Source: Lama glama (Eukaryota). Taken from it: 64,000 bases of DNA. The notes under the pieces were generated by a model. The model saw only the letters and a program-made list of their open reading frames with translations, was not told the DNA's origin and made no database searches. The DNA is taken from assembly GCA_028534125.1 (NCBI GenBank), contig CM052817.1, positions 994,001 through 1,058,000 on the forward strand, read 5' to 3'. This document shows, in pieces, positions 1-13,271 of this stretch (positions within the stretch are counted from its first letter, which is position 1; each line of letters begins with the position of its first letter). The position numbers and the translations under genes are program-made.

Positions 1-546
1 ATCTCCCAGCTTGCTGGCGGCTGTCGCTGCTTCACGGTTGTTTCCGAGTCTCCCTAGCATGGTCTGGGGAGGTGGACGCTGGGTGGCACGGCACGGCTGT
101 GGTCACACTCCACCTCCTGTCCGCTGGCCAGGCCAAGGGTCTCCTGACTCGTGAAGACATGTCCCAGGTGCAGAGGACACCTGGAGACTTCCGGGGAGCC
201 ACCCAGGCCCGGGCCACCCCACATAGCACCTCCCCCGGGCGCCTGTCCTCCGCCGTCATTGGCTGTTCTTCCCCGCAGCCGGCCGACTGCCCTGGGGAGA
301 GTAGAGGCCTTTCTTTGCAGGAGCCCCTTCCCTCGAGCGTCTCGCTCACCCGTGGGGATGGCCTCGCCCGGGCTGCCCGGCCAGACTGCCCTGGCTTGTC
401 CTCCCATGATGCTGGGGCTTGGGGCCTGGCTGCTGCCCCTGTCGCGAGGTTGGACAGGTGCTCGGCCACGGGGGGCTGCCCAGCCCCGCGGCCTCCGGGC
501 TGCCGCTGAGGTCTCGTGCGTGCCCTCTCCCCCCGCCCGCCGTCAG

Positions 547-747
547 GGATCCACTCGTGCTTCGTGTGCAAGGAGGGCGACGCGGACGTCAAGCGCTGCG
601 TGGTGTCGCAGTGTGGGAAGTTCTACCACGAGGCCTGCGTGCGCAGGTACCCGCTGACGGTGTTCGAGAGCCGCGGCTTCCGCTGCCCGCTGCACAGCTG
701 CCTGAGCTGCCACGCTTCCAACCCCTCCAACCCGAGGCCGTCCAAAG
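547..747 (+). CDS. NSD2: NSD2 (WHSC1/MMSET) internal exon, PHD finger; gene continues upstream of window
   Basis: cag|GGATCC acceptor, AAG|gtgcgg donor, phase 1/1; encodes [52 protein letters not shown], an NSD2 PHD region. Confidence 0.96.
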
Positions 748-1292
748 GTGCGGGCGCGTGGAGGGGCGGCGGGGCGCGCGGGGAGGGGCGGGCCCGGACG
801 CGGGCTCCTCACCCGGGGGCTTTCACCCCTCTGTGGTTGGAGTCCCAGCGTTTCTGCCGCTGGCTCAGTGGGGGGGGGGGTCAGAGTTTTCCTGCCCTAA
901 TCGCCATCTTAAAGGGTCCTGATTTTAGGAGGGGAGGCTTTGAGTCGTTCATGGTCCGCCATGTAGGAAGAAGCGTTCTGAAGTCAGACGGTATCTGCGC
1001 TGTGCTGCGTTAGGTCTGCGGGACCAGCCGGGGGCATCTGCTGCCCGGGGGAGGCCGCTAAGCATGGCCCCGCGCCCGGGACAGCCGCCCGCGGGCCCGC
1101 AGCGCCCGGGCCGCGAAACCTGGGTCTGCCGTGTTTCAGAGGACAGCATTTCAGCGCTTGGCGGTTTTCTGACGGCGTCTTGAGCCACCTTTGCCTTGAG
1201 GAAATGCGTCTCTGTGACGTCGGCCGTGTTCTCACGCTCCCTTCTCTTGACCTTCTCACCAAATGTCAGCTTTATTTCAGCACCGGTGTTAG

Positions 1293-1700
<408 letters not shown>

Positions 1701-1829
1701 TAAGTTACCTGTGATCAGTTCCCAGACTTAGGGGATATCGTTAGCGGTGGCAGTAAGATCTGCTCTTGTGTGTACAGGCCAGGTTAGACTGTGAGAGCTG
1801 TGGGTGGCGGGGCCGTGGCGGCCGGCTGA

Positions 1830-2523
<694 letters not shown>

Positions 2524-3335
2524 TAGTAACTTTTCTAACGCTGGTTTGTGACGGCTTTCACTAACATGCTTTAGAGCTTTCAGGAGGTTCCTCTAGTGCT
2601 GACTGAGAGACATCTCTTGTGGTTGCGTGTGCGCAGTTGGAGACGTGGAGGAGGCTTGCTGCTGTCGGGCCTTGTGCTCCGGCTGGCAGGATCCCTCCAC
2701 CCGTCAGCAGATGCTGGGTGTCAGGTGGCCCAGCTGCAGGCGTGGGCAGGGAGCTAGGATGCCCCGCCCCGGTCCCACAGCCCGGTTGGGGGACAGAGGC
2801 TGGTGTGTGTTGTGTTCAGGTGACAGCCGGGGATGGGGGAGGGCAGGGAAGGTGGCGCCCGCGCACAGGGCAGCCCCGGGAGTGGCTCTTCTCTAAGGGT
2901 AGTTCAGGCAGGCAGTGCTGCGCTGCCTGGCCTTCTCCCGTTGGGGTCCTTAGCAGCGGGGCACTCAGATCTGAGTGGGTGTGGGCCGTCAGAAGATTTT
3001 CAAAAATTATTACAAAAGAGAGGATGCAAGCAAGAGGTCGTGGACTGCATTCAGGTTAGGGTCAGCTGGCGAGGGGTGAGTTGGGGACGGTGAGGGGGGT
3101 CCTGGGTGCGAGACCCAGCAGGAGACCTGACTGTGCCGGGCAGGCCCAGGGCCTGTGCCCAGCACTTCCCAGAGCATCCCAGCCCCTTCTGTTCAGGACA
3201 CTGCTGCCGCCATGTGTGCCTCTAGTTTTACAGAAACCAGAAACGTTGCTTAGCAGAGCGATGACAAATCAGAGTAAACCATTAAAACACAGAGCTTTCC
3301 AAGAGTCTCTCACTCACACTTTGTTGACTTCTTAG

Positions 3336-3439
3336 CACTGCAAGAAGCTGAAGCTCGTTTTCGTGAAATCAAACTTCAAAGGGAGGCCCGAGAAACGCAG
3401 GAGAGTGCGCGAAAGCCCCCGCCGTACAAGCACATCAAG
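3336..3439 (+). CDS. NSD2: NSD2 exon ([13 protein letters not shown]...PPPYKHIK)
   Basis: cttag|CA acceptor, AAG|gtgacg donor, 104 nt, phase 1/0; not in the ORF track, translated by hand. Confidence 0.95.
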
Positions 3440-4509
3440 GTGACGCAGGGCCGGGGGCGCGTGCAGCCAGGGGTTGTGCTGGGCCAGGGGGTTGCGTGAG
3501 GCCGAGTCCAAGGGCCCTTCCTCCGGGGCTGGGGCTGCGGTGGGTGGGAGGCTTGTCCAGAGCGAGCGTCTCCCAGGTGGACAGCAGCAGGGACATGCTG
3601 GGTGGGTAGCAGCGCTGTCACCACCCAGCCTGTGTCCTGTGACGGGAAGGGGATGGCTGTGGGCCAGCAATTCTGCACAGAGTTTCGGCTTTGCCTCGGA
3701 GTGTGAGGCTCAGCCTGATGGTCAGCAGGGGCCGGACTGCAGTCCTGGCCAGACCAAGGGGCCAGCTGACCTGGGCCTCCCAGTGTCGCCAGATGCTGGA
3801 GACCAGCTCAAATGAGAGGAGGTCAGCCCAGCCCGAGGTTGGCCGGAGCCCGTGACACACAGACACCTTTGGCCTCACAGGGTGTGTGAGCAAGGAGGGT
3901 GGGTGGCGTGTTCCTGGCCGGGTCGGAGCCTGTGTCCCGGAGGGTCGGTGGGGGGACCCCGGCGTGTGCTGGCGCCGGGTGGCTGGTCGAGGGTTTGTCC
4001 TGGTTGCTGAGATCCAAGTGTGAAGGGCGCAGTCTCTGTACTGACTTGTAGTCTCTTCTCTGGGATGAACCCAGAAATGGAATTACTGGGTCAGAGTGAC
4101 CCTGGGCTTCCCAAGCCTGCTCCAGGTCAACTTCCGACTTGCTGCACAGCATCTCCCACGTCTTCCCTGGACTCACTCATTCCTTTTTCATCCTCTCTGC
4201 TGCCTTCTTGTCCACGTGGCCTGGTTCCTTAACAAAGAACTGAGTGTGTGAGGGCAGAGGCTGCCCTGTGCCCACATGTCAGGCGGCCCCACCAGCTGGG
4301 GTTGGGTCTCGTGGGCATCGCGCTGAACGGTCCACATGGTTCTCCGTGTGACCGCGGCCTGGCTTCCGGAAGATAATGGGGCGGGGATGGGGTGTGTGTG
4401 GCCATACTGCAGCCCCCTTGTGAAGCCCTGGGCAGGGTCCCCGGAGGCGGAGTGGGACTCAGGAAGCTGGCGGGCAGCTTGGGGCTGAGGTGGCTGGTGC
4501 TCCCTGCAG

Positions 4510-4779
4510 GTGAATAAGCCGTACGGGAAAGTGCAGGTGCACACGGCCGACATCTCTGAGATCCCCAAGTGCAACTGCCGGCCCAGCGACGAGAACCCCT
4601 GCGGCTCCGACTCACAGTGCCTCAACAGGATGCTCATGTTCGAGTGCCACCCGCAGGTGTGCCCCGCCGGCGAGGCCTGCCAGAACCAGTGCTTCACCAA
4701 GCGCCAGTACCCTGAGACCAAGATCGTCAGGACGGACGGCAAGGGCTGGGGCCTGGTGGCCAAGAGGGACATTAGAAAG
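4510..4779 (+). CDS. NSD2: NSD2 exon (AWS/pre-SET and start of SET)
   Basis: ctgcag|GTG acceptor, AAG|gtgcgt donor, 270 nt; [12 protein letters not shown]...[14 protein letters not shown]. Confidence 0.97.
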
Positions 4780-5365
4780 GTGCGTGTGTATGCCTGTGCG
4801 CGTGCGTGGGCCCGTCCGCCCCCAGCCCCCTCGCCGCCCCCTGGGCGGGGCTTTGCTGTTGGTGCACGGGACCCCCTGTGAGTCCAGAATTTCAGAAACA
4901 GTCTCTGAGTTGTTGGCGCTGGAGTACAAACCGTTGAAGGAAAGATTGCTCCCAGACTAGGACTCGTGAATTCCTCGAAACCTGCCTCCCCTCAGACCCT
5001 GACAGCTGCTGTTAGAAGTGAAAGATTTGTGAAGGAGCCAGTTTGCTTGGCCGGGCAGCTGGGAGGGCTGCTGTCCTGGGACAATGTAGGACCCCATTGT
5101 CTGGAGGGGAACACACCCAGACTGAGTGTGGAACTGCCCTCTTGTCACAGGCGGCCTCAGACCCGGGCTGTGCTCCCCGTGGCGTTGAGAAGGCCGCTTT
5201 GAAGCACGCAAAACCCCAGCAGCCCCACTGCCCTGCGCACTTTGACCCCTGGTTCATCCAGGCTTTTGCAAGGGAGTGTGTCATTCTTTCCACCCCTTGC
5301 TCTGCTGGGGAAATGGCTGGTGATGGTGGCTTATGCAGAAGCCAGCGATTACCACAGGGTCCTGA

Positions 5366-6094
<729 letters not shown>

Positions 6095-6267
6095 TGACAG
6101 CCACACCAGGAGGTGGCAAATTTATGCTCCCCTCTGCCGCCGCCCCTCCTTTTTGGAAGTGTTGGTAAGGGAGGTGGTTTTGCTGGAAATGGAAACTCTC
6201 GGCCTGTGCCCTACTGTGTTTTGAGCCTAGATTTGAACTGCTCATGTGTTGTGGAAAATGCTGGGTT

Positions 6268-6335
6268 GATCACTTAACACTCAAATTGATCCCTGAAATG
6301 AGATCACTTAACACTCAAATTGATCCCTGAAATGA
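6268..6335. repeat. Perfect tandem duplication, 2 x 34 bp
   Basis: gatcacttaacactcaaattgatccctgaaatga at 6268-6301 and 6302-6335. Confidence 0.95.
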
Positions 6336-6539
6336 TGATTCACCAAAGCAAAACAGTCCGTGCCACGTGGGACACTGAGCACGTCACACCCCGCCCACTT
6401 CCTGTCAGAGCAGAACCGAAATAAAACAAGAAGCCCCACCCACCCAGAAGTGTCCAAACACAGCGGAACGGGGTCCCTGTGAGCAGGCCCTCCAAAGCTG
6501 GAGGGAGCTCAGCTTTTGGTGAGAGCTTGACACTAAATA

Positions 6540-9500
6540 AGAACAAATCTGAAAACCTTGAGTGAGCGGGTTAGAAATGGTTAAAACCATGAAAGGAAAT
6601 TTAGAGACACAAGAAAAGAACAAGGCATCGAGGGGTAAATCAGGCAGATTTGAACAAACAGTTAAAACTGGGAGTTTACATACAGTCCTTGCACTTGGCC
6701 CAGGGGCCAGGCTGAGAAGAGTCAGACGGCTGCAGAGCAGGTTCCCGAGGTGGCAGCTGTGCCTCGAAGCCACCTGCACTGCAGCTCAGAAGGTGAAGCA
6801 GTGAAGCTGTGGAGACAGAAACATGCAGTGGGTGTTCCAGGAGGGAAGGCGGAGACCCAGGGGGCTGCCATGCGGACAGAGTTTCCTGGCGCCTGTGTGA
6901 CACGGGTCATTGACTGGTGAAACTGACTACGTTTCGGGCAGGTTATACCTAGATAAGACGCATTAAAAACACCTGTAAGATCCAAAACGCTACAAAGATT
7001 AAAAGCAGGAAAGATGGCGCACACTCTCGGGAGTGACGGATGGCAGACGCCTCCATGTGCAGCGGAGCCCGGAGCCCGAGCTGGCTGACCGTCTGTGTAG
7101 CGCGGCTGCACGGGCTGATGGAGGAGGCTCTTCAGGGACCTGAGAGGCCCCGCGTGAGCGCCTCGGGGGTCGCCAAGGGACGGGCCGGCGTGGACGGCTG
7201 GTGCCGCATGTGGACGGGGAGAGATTTTACTCGCTTTCTACTTCGTCAAGCGTGTGTTCAGTCCACCTGGGAAATCAGTGAGTGAGTGGAAATGGAAGGT
7301 GCAACTTCCACATCATCAAAGAGGGGAGCAGGCATTCAGAAAAGTCAGTCACTGGGGGGTGGGAGGGGGAAGAGGCGGCGTTCAGAAGCACAAGGTGACA
7401 GAGCAGGTGTGTCTGCGGCCACAGTCAGTGTAAGTGGCTGAGTTTATGAGACAAGGTTTAGACTGGCTAAATTTGAGGAATTTAACCTGAAGCTGTGACT
7501 TACGTAATTAAAATGAACCAGAAAGGCTGTTAAGAAAGATTATTTAAAAAATAAAAACTTAGCAAATCCGACTCCAACAAGGCTGCTGTTGGCTCTGTTA
7601 ACATCAGATAAGGAAGACTGAAGGAAGCACGGCCCCCACAGCCCGTCTGCCTGCCCGGTGGCGGCGGCACACGAGCGTGAGCTCGTGGATGTGTGTCCAG
7701 CAGCTCGGAAAGATCTTAGAAAGTGCAGAAACTTTAGTCTACGAAAAGTAAAAATATGTACATGGGATTTTGGTAGAAAATGGTGGTGCTGGATTCCAAA
7801 GCAACAAGGAAAAAGTACAGCTTCGGTGGAACCCCGGGACCTCCACGAGCAGAGCAGGCGGGGCCCCTTCCCGTGCCGGCTACCAGGAGGGGAAGGAGGG
7901 CCCTGGGGAGCGGCGGGAGCGGCGGAGATGGGTCCTGGAGATGGCGGTCTTCCCCGAGTAAGGCAGTTTGCCACAAGGAAGCAGAAGGGCCACAGGCTGA
8001 CCTCCTGCCCCTTGGCCGCCCCGGATCTGGCCAGTAAAGCTCCGGCAACTCCAGCGCGTCTCGAGAGTGATGATGAAAGGTTACAGGAGAGAAAAGCCCG
8101 ATGAAGAACAGCAGGGCCCCCGCGGGTGGGAAGCAGGCCCCAGAGCAGAGGCGCGTCCACCCAGCAGGCAGCGCGTTCCTGCGACAGGGCTGGGGTGGCA
8201 GGGCCGAGGAGAGCGGCCCCGAGCCCGGGAGCTGCGTGGGGGCGGGGGCACGGGGCCCAGGTACGCCTGGCCGAGGGTCTGAAACTGGAGGGAAGTTGGA
8301 GGAGGCCGGAGTGTGGGTGTTGAAAGAGCACCTTGGACTCCAGGGGAAATCCACCTGGATGGTCGACGTTAAGTGTCTCATACAGAGTCCTCCGGCCAGC
8401 CGGGCCAGAAAGCTGAAAGACTTGTTCCAGGAGGAGAGTGAGGCTGTCTGGAGGCTTCTCACAGCGGGACCCAGTGCCTGAGGACAGGATTTTCAGGAAG
8501 AGAGTGGACTGAGGACTTTGTACTCAGCCCACAGTTCCTCGGGTGTAGATGGGGGATGGACGTGAGAGGAGGCCACATAGCGTGGACCCAGAGAGCCCAG
8601 GGGCCGGCTGCAGCCCGGCGACGGTTCAGAGCAGCACAGGGGTGAGGAAGAGGGGGTCCTTCCTAGCACTGCGGACACGGGAGGAGGGCAGGGAGTGGAG
8701 GTGTCCGCCCGACACCCAGGCGTCGGAGCTGGTCAGCCCCAGGACAGCAGCGCCTGCATCTCCGAGGATAAAGGGCAGCGTTACAGAGATGCTCCTGATG
8801 AAGACAGGGCTGGAGGCAGGGTGGCGGCGGAGCCCAGCTGTTTATTACTGGCCCTGGATGGGGCCAGCGGTGACCAGCCCAAGAGGAGGTCGGGGGTGTC
8901 ACTTCACCTGCAGGCGCCCGTACCCTCTAACGGGCAGCCGGTGGGGAAACCGAAGCGAAGTTCCCAACGTAACAGGAAAATTAAAGCTTTAAAAAACCCG
9001 CTGCTTCATAGTGAAAGGCTCAAGACCCACGTAAGCAAACAGAATAGACCGATGTGTTAGAATTGTGCCCAACATGTCAGCCACATCTGTGGCGAGGAAC
9101 TGGATTAACTCATTAAAAGAAAAGATTTCCAGGTTGGTTCATAAAGCAAAGCCTAATTCTCTGATGTACATGAGAAGAAGACCGATCCCGTGTGCAAAGT
9201 GCCAGACGGAGTCGAGTTTTCCTAAACCTGTGTTCAGACAAGGTGGCATTCAGGCACCAGGGCGCTCAGTAACACAGGGGAAGGCCTTTTAAAGCTGAAG
9301 ATGCCACCAGGGACCGAGGTGCACTCTGCCAGGTGCCCCACAGAACCCGCAGCCGCCCCCGGAGCGATGTGTGGGTCTGCCGGGCGTTCTCGCCCCGAAG
9401 CTGGAGACCCTGGGCAGACAGCCCGAGTTCAGCGCCTGAAAAAGAACGAATTAACAAGGAGGAATTAAAGACAAAGCAGGAGCTAGGAGTTAGAAAGCAG

Positions 9501-10450
9501 AAGCCGTGCAAGTCGTGGGTCAATCACTTTTTACAAGCACACAAGGGGGCGCCTGTGTTCCCTAGACTCCCACGTGTTCCAGGGACGTCCGAGCCGGTGG
9601 GGCGTGGGGGGCACTGGGCGGAGGGCACCTCACAGGAAGCCCAGCTGGGCTCGCTCCAGGAGCGCAGGGGTGGCTGAGCACCCCAGTAGTTTCCTGAAGG
9701 AGGAAAACAAATCCACGATTGTTGTAATGAATGTGGAAAACTCGTTGAAGAATATTTAAGTCTGTTCCTGATTAAAACCCCCCGGGAGTTACGAATAGAC
9801 AGAAACGTCCTCAGCTTGATAAAGGCTGTCGAAACCTGCAGACCTCCTGTCTCGGGTGGAGTGAGCGCTCCAGCTCGATTCAGAACCCGGGGTAGACCAG
9901 GGCCACTGCTCCCGGCCCTGGGGGGCGAGGCGGGGCGGGCACACGGGAGCAGCGGGTTCCTGGTCGAGACAAAACGCCGTGAAGACACAAGTGTTCCGAG
10001 AAGTAGAGTCACTGTGATCGCAGTGTAGATACCAACGCCGTAAAAATCAGCCAGGACGGCATCCCGAGGCCCAGGCACAGTGATGCGTCCGCGAGACCGG
10101 CCTGTGCTGTCCCAGACGGGGTGGGGGCCGGGGCACCCCCGTGGCAGTGCCGTGAGGGCGGCGGCAGATGACGGGGCGGCGGGCAGGCGTGGTGGCCGTC
10201 GTTCTCAGCAAGCTCGCTCCACGACAGAACTGCATTCCAGAAGGATTAACGAGCTGGGAAGACGGGGACACCGTTTACAGCTTAGGGAAGGGAAGGCTGT
10301 GCTGGGCTCGAACCCTGAATGCAGAAAGCAAGTGATAAAACTGAAAGTTTGGAGCGAGAAAAGCTTCTGTGAAGTTGAAATTCAAGTGTTTCCCCACAAG
10401 AAGGTTATGGACACGCAGTTATCACGGGCCTGGTGTTCAAAGTGAGTAGC
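6540..10450 (+). mobile_element. Ancient, heavily decayed LINE-1 remnant filling most of the long NSD2 intron; boundaries approximate
   Basis: A-rich strand bias; 9700-9920 translates to EENKSTIVVMNVENSLKNI / LFLIKT / IDRNVLSLIKAV...RTRGRPGPLLP, resembling L1 ORF2 [24 protein letters not shown]...NLIKAIY...GTRQGCPLSP. Confidence 0.55.
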
Positions 10451-11141
10451 GAGAACATCTCACCAGAGAGAGACTGGGTGATAACACAGGGTGCAGACCC
10501 GAGTGGGCTGGGCCGGCTGGAGCAGCGCAGCGCCCGGGCACCAGGGCGGCCAGTGGCCCTGAGGCAGCACGTTCCGCTGGGCGCGGGCGCGGGCGCGGGC
10601 ACGGCACCGTTACCGTGAAGTCAGGAGCAGCGGGAAGTTCCAGCAGAGTGTCACCAGTCTGGTGGCTGGGCGCGGACTGGACTGTGGAGGAGACTCTGGG
10701 GCAGCCTGTCCAGGCAGGGGCGCCTGGGTGCCCTGGGGGGGGGGTTCCCACGCACAGACACCAGCTGGCCTCCAGGAGTGCTCCCTGTGGGGGTCCCTCC
10801 CGCTTGCGCTGTGGATGGAGAGGCTTCCAGGGTGAGGTCAGCCTGTCCTGGCGGGGCCCGTCCGGGGTCTGGCCCAGTAGCCGAGCTTCCTGCCGGGCGA
10901 GGCCCCGCTGTGGGCTGCCTGTGGCCCTCCCCGACCCCTCCCATCGGCCCGCGACGTGAAGTCCGCCAGCCTGGTCCGCCTGGACTTGCTCGTGTGTTTG
11001 TGTCATAATCGAGGCGTCTTGTTCTGGGTGGCATTTTCTGTGGGCTGTTAGCGTTGACCACAGCATCTTCCCCTGGCCCCCTTGGTTGCTGGCCATCTGC
11101 TGGGTGGGGTTGGGTGGGAGCAGGGGTCCCTGCCCTCAGCC

Positions 11142-11266
11142 CCGCTCACCAGCGCTCGGTCTTCTCCACGTGGTCCTGACCTGCCCTCCGTGAGCCAGAG
11201 AAACAGCACTGGTTTGGGGGTGTCCCATTCGAGTGGATGTGGGAGACCACGGTTTCCAGGACAACA
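11142..11266 (+). ncRNA. SCARNA22: Box H/ACA small Cajal body RNA SCARNA22 (ACA11), intronic in NSD2
   Basis: Hairpin 1 closed by gctca(11144-48)/tgagc(11191-95); H box AGAGAA 11197-11202; hairpin 2 closed by ctgg(11209-12)/ccag(11256-59); ACA at 11261-63 plus 3 nt; 110 nt upstream of the acceptor, matching the position and recalled sequence of human ACA11. Confidence 0.88.
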
Positions 11267-11355
11267 CTAGCTATCCTGCGTGTCTCGGCTGGTGAAAAGC
11301 CCCTTTAAGTGAGCAGGTGCCGGCCGCGGGGTGGCCGAGCCTCACTGCCCCTTGA

Positions 11356-11658
<303 letters not shown>

Positions 11659-11757
11659 TGAGGACGGTGGGGACAGGACGTTCCGTGAGCTCACACAGGC
11701 TCCCCTGGCAGGCTCGGGGGGGTCAGTGTTTCCAGTGCGTTTGTCTCCCTTCACCAG

Positions 11758-11864
11758 GGACGGAGCTGACCTTCAACTACAACCTCGACTGTTTGGGGAA
11801 TGAGAAGACGGTCTGTCGGTGCGGAGCCTCCAACTGCAGTGGGTTCCTCGGGGACCGACCAAAG
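11758..11864 (+). CDS. NSD2: NSD2 exon (end of SET, ELTFNY, and post-[16 protein letters not shown]); ends at a GC donor
   Basis: accag|GG acceptor; donor AAG|gcgagt is the phase-0 site that keeps frame with the next exon. Confidence 0.92.
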
Positions 11865-12367
11865 GCGAGTCTTCGCCGGGCGGGCCGGGGTGGGGCTGCC
11901 TCGGCGGGTCGCCCCAGACTGGGGACTTGGCAGGCGGACCTGAGTCTCCCACAGCCTGGGGACCAGAAGTCTGTCAGTGCCGCACATCCCCCAACGGCCC
12001 CTGGGGGCGTGGTCTCCGGCATGTCGCTGCCTCGCTCCCATCCAGCGCGCCCCGATCCCAACTGTCACGCCTGCGACAACCCTGTCCCACATTCAGAGGT
12101 TCCTGGAAGGACCTGGATGGGGGGACGCTCCCTCCCTCTCTGTGCTGCCTGGACTTGGGCCTGAAGTCTCTGGACAGCCGCAGGCACCCAAGCCCAGAGC
12201 CGGTCTCGGACGGGAGGAGGCGTCGTTGGGCGGCCCTGCCGCTTTGTTCTGTGCTCAGCTCGTGCCTTTCCCTGGGGCTCCCGCAGCCCCGACCGTACCC
12301 TGGCCTCGTCCCCTCCCGTCTGCTTCGTCCGTGCGGCTGAGTGCACGCATTTGCCTCTTCACTGCAG

Positions 12368-12569
12368 GCCTCAGCAGCCCTTTCTTCAGAGGAAAAGGGC
12401 AAAAAGACTAAGAAGAAAACCAGGCGGCGGCGCACGAGAGGCGAAGGGAAGAAGTCGGAGGACGAGTGCTTCCGCTGCGGCGACGGTGGCCAGCTGGTGC
12501 TGTGTGACCGCAAGTCCTGCACCAAGGCCTACCACCTGGCCTGCCTGGGCCTGGGCAAGCGGCCCTTTG
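12368..12569 (+). CDS. NSD2: NSD2 exon (basic linker and PHD5)
   Basis: ctgcag|GCC acceptor, TTTG|gtgcgt donor; [17 protein letters not shown]...[15 protein letters not shown]. Confidence 0.96.
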
Positions 12570-12999
12570 GTGCGTGCGGGCGGGCGCGGGCGGGCCCCGG
12601 GCATCGGTGCCAACTGTCATCTTGGCAGGAGAGTGGAGGCCCTTACCAAGCAGGGGACCCAAGAGCTATAAAAAGACAGGCCAAGCACGTTTGACTGTAA
12701 AACAAAAATGCTTTTTATGGCAAAAGATGACAAAACTGGGTTAACAGACAAAGGTAGAAACTCTTGCGTGAGTGTGATCAGACCGGACACAGGCAGCCAG
12801 GAAGAGCAGCTGCCCCAGGACACGTGCGGCGCCGGTGCCTGAGCGCCTGCCTCTGCTCCTCCTGGCTTTGGCAGCTGCCTGGGGTTGGTCTGTATTCATC
12901 TGACTAAACTAAGTTTTAAAATTGGTTTCCAAGCACGAAGATGTTAAAAGTTGTTGTGGTTCCATCACTTCTGTCTGGTGATCCTTTGTTTCGTTGCAG

Positions 13000-13271
13000 G
13001 GAAGTGGGAATGTCCGTGGCATCACTGTGACGTGTGCGGCAAACCTTCTACTTCGTTTTGCCACTTTTGCCCCAATTCGTTTTGCAAGGAACACCAGGAC
13101 GGGACAGCCTTCAGCTCGACCCAGGATGGGCGGCCCTACTGCTGCGAGCATGACTGGAGGGCAGAGCCCGCGAGAGGTGCCAAGACTGAGCTGCCCTGCG
13201 CGGAGCCCGCCAAGACGAAAGGGAGGAGGAAGCGGAGGCGGTGTTGGCGGAGGGTCACAGAAGGCAAATAG
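13000..13271 (+). CDS. NSD2: NSD2 last coding exon (C5HCH domain to stop)
   Basis: ttgcag|GG acceptor; [15 protein letters not shown]...[11 protein letters not shown] at 13269-13271. Confidence 0.97.
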
